Below are positions 40,655-49,996 of a stretch of 64,000 nt of DNA, one piece after another. The position numbers were made by a program, and so were the translations under genes. The notes under the pieces were generated by a model. That model ran no database searches and had not been told where the DNA came from. It saw only the letters and a program-made list of their open reading frames with translations. The stretch covers positions 48,678 to 112,677 of the forward strand of contig JBDRQI010000005.1 in assembly GCA_043826355.1 (NCBI GenBank), given 5' to 3'. Positions within the stretch are counted from its first letter, which is position 1; the number at the start of each line of letters is the position of its first letter. Source of the stretch: Candidatus Omnitrophota bacterium. Its GTDB lineage: Bacteria; Ratteibacteria; UBA8468; MWAK01.

Positions 40655-41514
40655 TGGCTACACTGCCGGAATTGAAGACCGGACATAATCCATCCTGGTG
40701 CCTGGGCTGCGGTAATTACGGAATCCTCAACGGACTGAAAGCGGCCATCAGCCAGGCCGGACTTGAGCCGCACCTCACGGTGCTGGTCTCCGGCATCGGC
40801 TGTTCCGGAAAAGACCCTCACTTTGTCAAAACATACGGTTTTGAAGGCATCCACGGCCGGGTCCTGCCGGTGGCCACCGCCGTCCGGCTGGCCAACCACA
40901 AACTGAAAGTAATCGGTTGCGCCGGAGACGGCGACGCCTACGGAATCGGCGGCAACCATTTTCTGCATACGATGCGCCGCAACGTTGAGATAACCTACCT
41001 GGTCCACGACAACCAGATTTACGGTTTGACCACCGGGCAAACCTCGCCGACCAGCGTCAAGGGATTCGCCACCAAATCCACGCCCTTCGGTGTCATTGAA
41101 GAACCGGCTAATCCCGTCAGTCTGGCGATTGCGGCCGGCGCCACCTTCGTGGCTCGCGCTTTCGTGGGTGAGTTCAATCACTTCAAACAGGTCCTGGTAC
41201 AGGCCCTGAAACACAAAGGGTTCGCCCTAATTGACATCCTTCAACCCTGCGTCACCTTCAACTACCTGAATACCTACCAGTGGTTCAGCCAGCGCGTTTA
41301 CAAATTGGAAGACGAGCCCGGCTATGAACCGCGCGACCGAATGTATGCGTTTACCCGGGCGCAGGAATTAGGAGAACGGATTCCAATCGGGGTTTTCTTT
41401 CAGGAGACCAAACCAACCTACGAGGAACAGCTGCCGCAGATAAAAGATAAACCGCTCGCCGAGCAGGACATCTCTTCCGTTGATATTAAAAAGTCGCTCG
41501 CGGAATTTATTTAA
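40654..41514 (+). CDS. korB: 2-oxoacid:ferredoxin oxidoreductase beta subunit (TPP-binding)
   Basis: CLGCGNYG and the GDGD TPP motif. Start at the TAATG overlap. Confidence 0.85.
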   Translation: MATLPELKTGHNPSWCLGCGNYGILNGLKAAISQAGLEPHLTVLVSGIGCSGKDPHFVKTYGFEGIHGRVLPVATAVRLANHKLKVIGCAGDGDAYGIGGNHFLHTMRRNVEITYLVHDNQIYGLTTGQTSPTSVKGFATKSTPFGVIEEPANPVSLAIAAGATFVARAFVGEFNHFKQVLVQALKHKGFALIDILQPCVTFNYLNTYQWFSQRVYKLEDEPGYEPRDRMYAFTRAQELGERIPIGVFFQETKPTYEEQLPQIKDKPLAEQDISSVDIKKSLAEFI

Positions 41515-41544
41515 TCCAAAATTTACCGCCGGCGGCGGTCTCCC

Positions 41545-42021
41545 TTATTTTCTCTTGGCCTTCAAGGAACCGATCTTGCCTTGAAGGGTCCCCATCGGAC
41601 AAACTACGCACCAGGCCCTTTCCCGGGTAAATATGCCCAGGACGATGGCAACTAAAGTGGATAACAAGCACATCTGAACAAAAACAAATCCGATTTTAGG
41701 AAAAGTTTTTTCCACGGTTGCTAGCCGGAACATAAAAAACCCGATAAAAAACGCAAAAACAACCCACCGGAACCACTTTTTTAAAAACAAGCGGGGAACC
41801 TGTCTCTTTAAACTTGCCTGGCTCAAAACAAGGTCCAGAAAAGAACCGCGCGGGCAAAACCGGCTGCACCAGAGCCGTCCCTTAAAATAGGAAAGGACCA
41901 GAAAAAAGAGCATCATTAAGAAAACCAGGTAACCCATAAGCGGGTAAAACAACCCCCCGAAAATTATCAGGGGCAGAAACCAAACCATGATTTTTTGAAC
42001 GCTCTTTTTCCCCGGCGCCAT
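41545..42021 (-). CDS. membrane 4Fe-4S-binding (CxxCP motif) protein
   Basis: Four TM segments, WCSRFCPRGS and AWCVVCPMGT. Confidence 0.55.
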   Translation of the reverse strand: MAPGKKSVQKIMVWFLPLIIFGGLFYPLMGYLVFLMMLFFLVLSYFKGRLWCSRFCPRGSFLDLVLSQASLKRQVPRLFLKKWFRWVVFAFFIGFFMFRLATVEKTFPKIGFVFVQMCLLSTLVAIVLGIFTRERAWCVVCPMGTLQGKIGSLKAKRK

Positions 42022-42023
42022 AC

Positions 42024-42509
42024 CTACTCTTTTCTTCTGGCCAGCTTCCGATTCATCGCAGCAACCGCATCGGGCCCGGATTTCTGTTTCAACTCCGCTG
42101 CAATCCGGGAAGCGTTCTCTTCCTCTTCAACCTGTTCCCTGACAAACCATTGAAGAAAATCGGAGGCGTCCTTGTCACCGGATTCCTTGGAAATAGCGCA
42201 GAGCCGCTTAATCAAACCGGTTACTTTCTGTTCGTGCCGGTAAACCCGTTCAAACAGGCCCGGAGATGAAGTGAACTTTACCGTCGGCTGGTTAATCGCC
42301 TTTAAAACAACCCTTTCTCCCCGGCTGACCAAAAAATCATATAGCTTCATCCCATGCGCCCACTCTTCCTTAAACTGGATTTTCAACCAGTGCGCAAACC
42401 CCGCAAGCGAAACTGAATCACTGTAAGCGGCCATGGATAAGTAGAGATACGCCGAATAAAATTCTTTGTTAATCTGGTCGTTCAGAGCATCCCGTAATTT
42501 TTTGTTCAC
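42024..42509 (-). CDS. ferritin
   Basis: Ferritin-like diiron ligands (E..Y...EEWAH). Confidence 0.8.
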   Translation of the reverse strand: MNKKLRDALNDQINKEFYSAYLYLSMAAYSDSVSLAGFAHWLKIQFKEEWAHGMKLYDFLVSRGERVVLKAINQPTVKFTSSPGLFERVYRHEQKVTGLIKRLCAISKESGDKDASDFLQWFVREQVEEEENASRIAAELKQKSGPDAVAAMNRKLARRKE

Positions 42510-43108
42510 AAACCCTCCCCTTTCTGCATCTGGTTTTGTCTGACTAAATAAGCGACCTTGGCACCCAACTCAAAAACTTTTTCCAGGCAATCCGGGCGCT
42601 GCAACACTTTGCCTTTTTCATCAATACCCCGACACAAAATTTCTTCCCGGTAGTTAGCGTCAATAACCGCAAAAAAGTTCTTGATGATAGAACGGGCATT
42701 TACAAAAAAATCTTCACGGTTTGAGGCCTCCACTGAGATAAATGCGCCTACTTTTTCTTTTTTAACCGTGCTCTTTTTCAAAATAAACTTAGCCCGCCAG
42801 AGGCACTGGAAACGATCAATCATAATCTTCACCTGGGCGGTAATGCTTCCGAAAAATACCGGTGAAGCCATAATGACGGCGTCCGCTTCCAAAATCTTCC
42901 GGTACACCCCCTGCATATCATCCTCAATTATGCAGGAGCCGTCGTCCTTGAGGTTTGCGCATTCCTGGCAGGGAGCAATCTTCAGGGTGTTCAGTATTAC
43001 TTTTTCGGTCTCCGCGCCGATACTCCGGGCGCCTTCCAGCGCCTTGTCAAGCAGAATATCCGTATTTCCGCCAATCCTGGGGCTTCCGTTTATCCCGATT
43101 ATTTTCAC
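42506..43108 (-). CDS. flavodoxin-like NADPH-dependent FMN reductase / iron-sulfur flavoprotein family
   Basis: MKIIGINGSPRIGGNT plus a Cys cluster (CQEC...C). Confidence 0.7.
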   Translation of the reverse strand: MKIIGINGSPRIGGNTDILLDKALEGARSIGAETEKVILNTLKIAPCQECANLKDDGSCIIEDDMQGVYRKILEADAVIMASPVFFGSITAQVKIMIDRFQCLWRAKFILKKSTVKKEKVGAFISVEASNREDFFVNARSIIKNFFAVIDANYREEILCRGIDEKGKVLQRPDCLEKVFELGAKVAYLVRQNQMQKGEGL

Positions 43109-43109
43109 T

Positions 43110-43307
43110 CTATTGTCTTCCTTTTCTCGTAAGATAAATAATTGTTCCGGCGTGCACGGTCGCCAGGATAACGGTCAGCAACGCCGGCAATTTGTGGTGC
43201 CTGAGTTTGAGTTTAAATTTGACCCGGAATAAACCGCTTAAAATGGTTGCCACCAACAGGGTATAAGCCAAGACGCCTAAAGGTACAACGAATAGGTCCA
43301 GGTCCAT
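43110..43307 (-). CDS. hypothetical small membrane protein
   Basis: Two hydrophobic helices; co-oriented downstream of the flavoprotein. Confidence 0.35.
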   Translation of the reverse strand: MDLDLFVVPLGVLAYTLLVATILSGLFRVKFKLKLRHHKLPALLTVILATVHAGTIIYLTRKGRQ

Positions 43308-43445
43308 ATTTGGAAAATAAGTATATCACTTTTTCCGGTGCCGGTCAATTTGCCGCTTGATTCTATTTTTTTCTTGCATTACAATAATAAGCGGGTCCGC
43401 CTGCGTCCGCCTCTGGCGGACTATGACGGGCGAAGGAGGTGCGCT

Positions 43446-43703
43446 ATGGAAGAAAAGGAAATTGGGCAGGTTGCGGATTTTTTTACGCACGTCAACGTAA
43501 TCGCGGTAAAGCTTTCCGGAGAACTGTCGGTCGGCGACCGTATCCATATCAAAGGTCATACCACCGACTTCATCCAGGAAGTAGCTTCAATGCAGATTGA
43601 GCACCAGGCCGTGCTTAAAGCGAAGGCCGGCGACGATGTGGGAATTAAAGTCACGGAAAAGGTCCGTCACGGGGACAAGATATTCAAGGTTATCGCCGAC
43701 TAA
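43446..43703 (+). CDS. translation elongation factor-like protein (EF-Tu domain 2-like)
   Basis: About 85-aa beta-barrel-like sequence (GQVADFF...VGDRIHIKGHTTDF). RBS AAGGAGG. Confidence 0.55.
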   Translation: MEEKEIGQVADFFTHVNVIAVKLSGELSVGDRIHIKGHTTDFIQEVASMQIEHQAVLKAKAGDDVGIKVTEKVRHGDKIFKVIAD

Positions 43704-44634
43704 AATCGAGCCACACGATTCGTTTCTCTTTACGGAACCAGGTCAATTGCCGCTTAGCGTAATTCCTGGTCTTCTGTTTGATAATCTTTTTTGCCTCCGG
43801 CAGGGATATTTTTCCGGAAAGATAGGCTGCCGTCTCCCGATAGCCGATCGCTTCAAAAGCCGGCAGAGTGAAATCATAACGTTTGCGAAGCGCTTCTACT
43901 TCCGCCGGAAATCCGGCCGTAAAAATCTCCTCAACCCGCCGGTCAATCCGGCCATAAAGTTCCTCCCGGTTCCGGTGAACGCCGAGCAGACGGAACGGGT
44001 AGACAAACCGCGTGGTCTGACGTTGCAGTGCCGAAATGGGCTTGCCGGTCGCCAGGTAAATCTCCAGCGCCCGGCCCAGGCGGTAAGTATCGTTAGGGTG
44101 AATCCGGACGGCTGCCTCCGGATCCACCCGTTTTAATCGAAACAGGAGTTCTGCCGGGCCAACACCGAGGAGCCCCTTTCTTGCTTCCAGGACCGCTGCC
44201 TGGTTTGGAACTTCAAAAAATCCATCCAGAACCGCTCTCAGATAAAGTCCACTTCCGCCCACCAGAATCGGAACCCTCTTGCGGCCGATAATCTCCGGAA
44301 CTAACGAACAAACTTTTTCGGCATACCAGTAAGCGTTCGCATTTTCTTCCGGAGAGAGGCAATCAATAAGGTGGTGGGAAACTTTTTCTCTTTCCGAAAC
44401 GGTTGGTTTGGCAGTGCCCAGGTCAAGGCCGCGGTAGAACTGAAAAGCGTCGGCGGAGATTATCTCTCCGCCTATCTTTTCGGCCAGAATCAGGCCCGCT
44501 TCGCTCTTGCCGGAGCCGGTAGGCCCGCAGATAAACAGAACGACTGATGCGGGAAATACAAATCCCTCACTTTTTTTCTGCTTCCAGAAGTTCTTTTCCG
44601 TATTCAATTCCGGCGATAACCGCAGAATCGTCAC
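43690..44634 (-). CDS. miaA: tRNA dimethylallyltransferase
   Basis: P-loop ICGPTGSGKS; DAFQFYRGLDLGTAKP. Confidence 0.9.
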   Translation of the reverse strand: MTILRLSPELNTEKNFWKQKKSEGFVFPASVVLFICGPTGSGKSEAGLILAEKIGGEIISADAFQFYRGLDLGTAKPTVSEREKVSHHLIDCLSPEENANAYWYAEKVCSLVPEIIGRKRVPILVGGSGLYLRAVLDGFFEVPNQAAVLEARKGLLGVGPAELLFRLKRVDPEAAVRIHPNDTYRLGRALEIYLATGKPISALQRQTTRFVYPFRLLGVHRNREELYGRIDRRVEEIFTAGFPAEVEALRKRYDFTLPAFEAIGYRETAAYLSGKISLPEAKKIIKQKTRNYAKRQLTWFRKEKRIVWLDFSRR

Positions 44635-45439
44635 TGCGCAAAGTTCTTCCTTTACCGCTTTCCGGGCTGAAAAAAACCCTTTCCCGGTAAAGCTTCAAAA
44701 AACGTTTCTTAAAATCTTCAAAACTGGAACCGTAGATATGATAGGAATCGGTAATGTCAACGTAAGACCCGACCGATACCGGCTGTTTCAACCTTTCCTG
44801 AATTTGAGCCGCCAAGACCTTTTGAAGGTCGGTCAATCCGTAAATATTCATATAGGCGGCCCGGTAAGCGTCCCGGCTGCGCCAATGGGTATGCATCTGA
44901 AGGTTATACCCTTCCCCTTCCGAAAAAAGCCGGCACCAAACCCGCTGCAGACAGGGCGGGTCGTCTGTTTCCGGATCAACCAGGGGCATCCAGGTAATAC
45001 CCTGGGCGCGGCGGCTGTAAGGCTGTTCCGAAAGTTTCCGAACGATATAGTCCAACTGGTTGACGCTTTTAAAAGGAAGCTTCTTCGGGTTGCGGCAGGA
45101 AAGGTCATCGGTAACCAGATAATCGGTCAGACGCTGGTGATAGGTGTAAGTCCACTTCCCCTCTTCCGGGGCAATCCAGTGGTCGTGAACACCGTCAACC
45201 ACTTCCTGACGATACTTTTCCAAATCTTCAATCCCGCCGCAGAAACCCAGGTGTATCCTGGGTTCGGCAAACGGTTGGCGAATCACCATTACCATTCCTG
45301 CGTCCTTGGCCGGCGGGTCAGTTGGTTTGTCATATTCGGTCTTAATCTGAGTTCCCTTTTCCCACAACAGAACCAGACTCTTCTCCCAAACTTCTGCGAT
45401 CCCGTCGCCTTCCACAAAAAGAACCGGCGCTCCTCCCAT
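44567..45439 (-). CDS. thymidylate synthase-like protein (divergent)
   Basis: PCLQRVWCRL...HWRSRDAYRAAYMNIYGL resembles ThyA PCH...QRSAD...PFNIASY. Confidence 0.5.
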   Translation of the reverse strand: MGGAPVLFVEGDGIAEVWEKSLVLLWEKGTQIKTEYDKPTDPPAKDAGMVMVIRQPFAEPRIHLGFCGGIEDLEKYRQEVVDGVHDHWIAPEEGKWTYTYHQRLTDYLVTDDLSCRNPKKLPFKSVNQLDYIVRKLSEQPYSRRAQGITWMPLVDPETDDPPCLQRVWCRLFSEGEGYNLQMHTHWRSRDAYRAAYMNIYGLTDLQKVLAAQIQERLKQPVSVGSYVDITDSYHIYGSSFEDFKKRFLKLYRERVFFSPESGKGRTLRSDDSAVIAGIEYGKELLEAEKK

Positions 45440-45491
45440 CTCATCACCCCGTTAATATGCCCTTACCGATTCAACGGTACGGGTACTCATG

Positions 45492-45510
45492 TTGCAAATG
45501 CAGTTTGCAA
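45492..45510. promoter_or_regulatory. 7-5-7 palindrome upstream of the thyA-like/miaA unit
   Basis: TTGCAAA-TGCAG-TTTGCAA. Confidence 0.3.
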
Positions 45511-45702
45511 CAATCCCGTCCTTTATGATACCACAGAACACTTGCCGCAAGAAAGGCGCTAACATCTAAAATATGGTAAAATATTTGGTCGGTCGCACTG
45601 TTTTGCTGTTCACTTTAAATTTATCAGGGCGCAGCGCAGTCTGCCAGAGGCGAAGCTGAAGGGATATGAGAAGGGGCAAAACCTTTCTTAAATATTGGTT
45701 TC

Positions 45703-45776
45703 GGGGCGTAGCTCAGCTTGGCTAGAGCGCTTGGTTTGGGACCAAGAGGTCGCTGGTTCGAATCCAGTCGCCCCGA
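45703..45776 (+). tRNA. tRNA-Pro (anticodon TGG)
   Basis: Cloverleaf folded by eye: acceptor GGGGCGT/CGCCCCG, anticodon loop TTTGGGA, T-loop TTCGAAT. Confidence 0.85.
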
Positions 45777-45841
45777 CTCTTCCTAAAGCTTATATATAAG
45801 AATTAAATCTTTTCCTGCCTGCATCCCCGCCGGTTCGAACC

Positions 45842-46273
45842 TTAGAAATTCCTTTTTGAAGGGATAATGTACGGTTCCACTTGGTTGAAGTTGCTTAATG
45901 ACGTCAATACTGCCGACTTCTTCATTTCGTTTTTCAGGTAATCGATTATGAATCCGTCGATTCGTTTCCAAATGTAAGAAACAAATTTAACGGGCTTGAG
46001 GTTTCCCTGCTTGTCCCGATAATAAGGGTCGTAACTTTCAATCTTCTTGTAAACAACCGGAATGATTTCTGCGAGCAAGTCCTCCCCGAACCGCCTAATT
46101 AACTCGGGGAATACTCTCCGGTGGATTCTAAAGATTAAGAAATCGATATGACGAAGAACAATCTCATCCTTGCTTTTCTTCGAACCTTTTTGGGCTTTTG
46201 AGATTAAACGTCGTTCTTCAGATAGGGTAACTTTTGGATGGTCCTGAATAATGTTGCGGTATAATTCCCACAT
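45842..46273 (-). CDS. sigma-70 region 2-only protein (truncated sigma factor-like)
   Basis: Region 1.2/2-like sequence; no region 4. Sits within the tRNA-Pro islet. Confidence 0.45.
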   Translation of the reverse strand: MWELYRNIIQDHPKVTLSEERRLISKAQKGSKKSKDEIVLRHIDFLIFRIHRRVFPELIRRFGEDLLAEIIPVVYKKIESYDPYYRDKQGNLKPVKFVSYIWKRIDGFIIDYLKNEMKKSAVLTSLSNFNQVEPYIIPSKRNF

Positions 46274-46341
46274 ATTTAGGTAGCAAAATGGGGGATAATT
46301 TTTAAATTATTACGACTAAAAAATTAGGTTAGGCAAGGTAG

Positions 46342-47397
46342 TTATCCAAAAAGCCTAATGGCTATGACGAGAATCGCAAAATGAAGTGAACCCCTATCCT
46401 TGGACAGACAGGTTAGAATAACATGGCTGGACCGGCGAATTATTTTGTTCTTTGAAAAGTAACCGATTTTCAAACTCCTCCGGGGCAAGTACCCCAGGGA
46501 AGAATGCAACCTTTTTTTATTATACACCGCTTCCAGGAAATAGGGAATCCGTCCCTGAACATCCGCGAGGTTTCGTTATTTCCAGAGGTAAACTTCTTCC
46601 GCTTTCAGAGTTTTAAAGAAACTTTCGGCGGTGGCGTTATCGTAAGGGTTGTCTTTTCGGGACATACTGATTTGAAAACCGCAGGTTTTAAGCCGGTTTG
46701 TATAATCGCCGGACGCATACTGCACCCCGCGATCGGAATGGTGGATTGTTCCCGGAGCGGGATTTCTCCGGCAGATAGCCATATCCAGGGCGGTAAGCGC
46801 CAACTGGGTATCCAAACTCCTGGAGACGCAGTAACCGACGACCCGGCGGGAGAAGGCGTCCAGGATAACCGCCAGATAAACAAAGCCCGATTCTATCCGA
46901 TATAGGTAATGTCGGATACCCAAACCTGATTTGTCGCTGTTGGCGGGCGCTCTTTTGTCAGGTTCGGATAGATTGGATAAGCATGGTTGGAGTCGGTGGT
47001 GGTTACCCAGCGTTTCTTAACGGATACCAAGAGGGAACTTTCCCGCATGATGCGGAGGACCCGCTTGTGGTTTACGCAAGATCCGTCTATCTTTAAGTTG
47101 ATGGGTTATATGCCGGTATCCGTATTTGGAAAATTCCAGGGCGACCTCTTCTATCCGGTCCCGAAGATCGTTGTCCGTTTTCATCTTTACCCGGTTTTCC
47201 GGCCGGTAGTAATAGGTGCTGCGGGGAATCTTTAACATTTGGCACCGCCTTTTGACGCAGCCGTGGTATCGGGGGGAAAAGCCGGTAACAAGCCTTCTCT
47301 TTTCCGGGTTTGTTCGATCGTGGCGGAAATGGCGTTTTTTAAAAAGCTCTTGATTTCTGCTGTAATTATACTGGAATCGCCACTCTTCCGACCACAA
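46342..47397 (-). mobile_element. IS3 family transposase pseudogene (orfB split over at least 3 frames, orfA missing)
   Basis: HTH_21 fragment (KIPRSTYYY), DDE core (ILDAFSRRVVGY), C-terminal YNKKRLHSSLGYL, each in a different frame. Slippery A7 near 47335. Confidence 0.75.
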
Positions 47398-47584
47398 AGC
47401 CGGAATCCTTGGGAACTTTCAGGTGTTCCTCCTTCATTCCCTCAAGATGAAGTTCTATTGCCTCCTCAACATTCTTCATCGATTCTTCAATCGTTTCACC
47501 TTGTGAGTAGCAACCGGGAAGAGCCGGAACGTCAACCCAATATCCACCTTCTTCCGCTTCGTGAAAAATCACTGTGTATTCCAT
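47366..47584 (-). CDS. hicB: type II toxin-antitoxin system HicB family antitoxin
   Basis: About 70 aa UPF0150 (YTVIFHEAEEGGYWVDVPALPGC). Confidence 0.75.
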   Translation of the reverse strand: MEYTVIFHEAEEGGYWVDVPALPGCYSQGETIEESMKNVEEAIELHLEGMKEEHLKVPKDSGFVVGRVAIPV

Positions 47585-47592
47585 TTTGCTCC

Positions 47593-47817
47593 TTATAGAA
47601 GTTCTAAAAACTGAGATTCGGTAAGGCCTGCTTTTCGCAGGGCGTCCTTTAGCAACCCAATTTTCAACTCTTTTGTTACCGGAATTGTTATCAGTTGTCC
47701 GTTTGTCATCTTGATGTTAACGTGGCTTCCTTTAGTGGACTTTTTTACGCCTCCTGCCCGTAGAAAGGCTTTTACGGCCGCCTCTCCTTGGATGCTTCTA
47801 AGTTGCTTGCCGCCCAT
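47593..47817 (-). CDS. hicA: type II toxin-antitoxin system HicA family toxin
   Basis: About 74 aa YcfA/HicA (TKGSHVNIKMTNGQLITIPV). Confidence 0.75.
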   Translation of the reverse strand: MGGKQLRSIQGEAAVKAFLRAGGVKKSTKGSHVNIKMTNGQLITIPVTKELKIGLLKDALRKAGLTESQFLELL

Positions 47818-48177
47818 GTCAATATTTTACTCTGATTATGACTTTTTGTAAAACACGGGGGTGTTTGATCTCTTCCCTTAAAACTATGTTGTACCACCCA
47901 CAAGTCTAATCTTTGGCTTTTTTAAAATTCTTATTAATTCGTCCAGCGTATACACGCCCCCTTGGGTCAGCGGTCAACTGTTTCCACCGGATAATTAATA
48001 ACCCTTCGTATGTTATAATATTTCTGCGGGGTTTGGCTGTATGTCTGTTTTCTTTAAGAACAAACCTTACGGGTCTTCTACCTTTACTTATTAAAGTGCT
48101 TCATTCTGGGTGCAAAGATCATGCAAAAGGTCAAGCTGGATTTCCAGTTCGGTGGGGTTGAATAAGGACTGAAAAGA

Positions 48178-48204
48178 GGTTCGAATTGCGTCCAGTCGCC
48201 CCGA
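48178..48204 (+). repeat. partial duplicate of tRNA-Pro 3' end (att-like right boundary of islet)
   Basis: ggttcgaat[tgcgt]ccagtcgccccga versus tRNA 45755-45776. Confidence 0.65.
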
Positions 48205-48234
48205 CAATAAAATAACATTTGAGGAGGAAAAATT

Positions 48235-49947
48235 ATGACAGCAAAAGGCCTGCCGCTTACGACCCGAATGGAAAAGAGCGTACCGGCCATCGGAGTATTT
48301 GCCACCTGCGACCCGCGGGTGGATAACCCTTCGCGGGAACGGGCCGCAAACATCATCCGGATGACCGCGGAAATAATCGCCAAATCAGTAAAGACGCCGG
48401 ACGGCGAACTTGTGCCTGTGGTCTGGACCCCGGTGTTGATAGACGGAGAAAAAGAGGCCGACATCGTCGCCAGGCAGTTTAAAGACGAAGGGGTGCAGGC
48501 CCTGGTCTGCCTGCCGGACACCTGGGCGTTCCCGCAACTGAGCCTGCTCTCCCTGCTCAGCCACTTCCCCGTCAACACTCCGATTAACCTGACCTGCGGC
48601 AACAGCGGGCCGAAACCAGGCGTGGTCTTTGCGCACGCGGCCAGCGGGGCCCTGGCCCAATCCGGACGTCTTTCGCACCTGAACGTCGGTTCCTGGCCGG
48701 ATACCGGACTGGAACCGAAGATGACCGGCGAGACCGCGGAAGCGCTGATTGACTGGTGCTACGCCGCCTTCACCACGGTAAATCTAAGGGGCAGGCGCCT
48801 GGTAAACTTCGGACACGACTCCATGGGCATGGAGACCGCCCTGGCCCACATTTTCCCCACCCGGAAGACCTTCGGCATCGAGATTACCCGGCTGGACATG
48901 AAGATGCTGGCGGATATGCTCCGAAAAGGTTCTTACGACAAAAGGGAACTTAAGGAACTGCGAGGCTGGATCGACAAATGCGTCGGCAAACGCCTGGAAC
49001 TGAAGACCGGGGACGACAGCGAACTTTTCAACCAGAGCTTGGCGATGTATTTGATAACCCGGGATTTGATGCATGACCTGAATGCGGTCGGCGGCGGTTT
49101 CATGAGTCAGCTGGAATGGGGTTCGGATAAACGCGGCCTGCCTTTGCCGGTGGCGGACGTGATGGAGTCGCTCTTCAACTCAACCTTCGACCACAACGGC
49201 AAAAAACCGCCCCTTCCTTACGCCACCGAAGCGGATGTCCAGGGGCTATTAACCATGCTCTTCTTCACCGGCCTCTCCGGCGGCAACCCTCCGCTCTTCA
49301 TGGACTTCCGCAAGGTCTGGGAACCGTGGGAGATAAAAAACCTGGCCGGAAAAATTGGCGTCAAATTGAATAATTCCACGCTCTGGGAAAGGAAGGGTTT
49401 TGTGGACGGCGACAATTCCGGAAGTGCGTCTTTTGACTGGGCGGCTTTGCCCGGAGAGAACGTAAGGGAAATTATGAGCCGGATAAAACTGCCGCTGGCG
49501 GACCAGTTCTATTTCCCGGGCGGCGGCAATTCGGTCACCTTCGTGACTCCGGAAGGTATTTCCGGCATAGCGGGCAGGATGGCTTACAGTTCTCTCAACA
49601 ACCTCTTCTCCATGGTTTGGGACGAGGCAACTACCGTGGAACTTCCGGAAAAACTATCCCGGGCCGTCTGCCAGACGTCCACCGCCACCTGGCCGCACAC
49701 TTTCGTCGTGCCGAAATACGCCAGCATGCTGGAATACAAACAGTTCGCGCCGGCAAACCACTTCCACATGACCTGGAATTTAAAGCCGGCCCGACTTCAG
49801 TACTGGATGGATTTGACCAACGTGCTCTCCGTAACGCCCTGGAATGGACGGCCGGCGTTCGTGGAGAAGGTTGACCGGCCCACGCCCCTGCTTTACCTGA
49901 TAAACGGGGGCGAACTGGAAACAAAAAAACTCCTCAGTCCGAGATAA
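48235..49947 (+). CDS. L-fucose isomerase family protein
   Basis: 570 aa; N-terminal architecture resembles FucI-type isomerases; RBS GAGGAGG. Family call is tentative. Confidence 0.45.
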   Translation: MTAKGLPLTTRMEKSVPAIGVFATCDPRVDNPSRERAANIIRMTAEIIAKSVKTPDGELVPVVWTPVLIDGEKEADIVARQFKDEGVQALVCLPDTWAFPQLSLLSLLSHFPVNTPINLTCGNSGPKPGVVFAHAASGALAQSGRLSHLNVGSWPDTGLEPKMTGETAEALIDWCYAAFTTVNLRGRRLVNFGHDSMGMETALAHIFPTRKTFGIEITRLDMKMLADMLRKGSYDKRELKELRGWIDKCVGKRLELKTGDDSELFNQSLAMYLITRDLMHDLNAVGGGFMSQLEWGSDKRGLPLPVADVMESLFNSTFDHNGKKPPLPYATEADVQGLLTMLFFTGLSGGNPPLFMDFRKVWEPWEIKNLAGKIGVKLNNSTLWERKGFVDGDNSGSASFDWAALPGENVREIMSRIKLPLADQFYFPGGGNSVTFVTPEGISGIAGRMAYSSLNNLFSMVWDEATTVELPEKLSRAVCQTSTATWPHTFVVPKYASMLEYKQFAPANHFHMTWNLKPARLQYWMDLTNVLSVTPWNGRPAFVEKVDRPTPLLYLINGGELETKKLLSPR

Positions 49948-49996
49948 TTAAAAATAGCGGTGCGATACATCGCGGCCCTACGCCACGGAGAAATTT

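Noticed and set aside
40651-41214. 187-aa minus-strand ORF
   Set aside because: Antisense to korB, which has clear TPP-binding motifs.
44507-45562. 351-aa ORF on the plus strand
   Set aside because: Entirely antisense to the miaA and thyA-like genes, low-complexity translation, no motifs; a shadow ORF.
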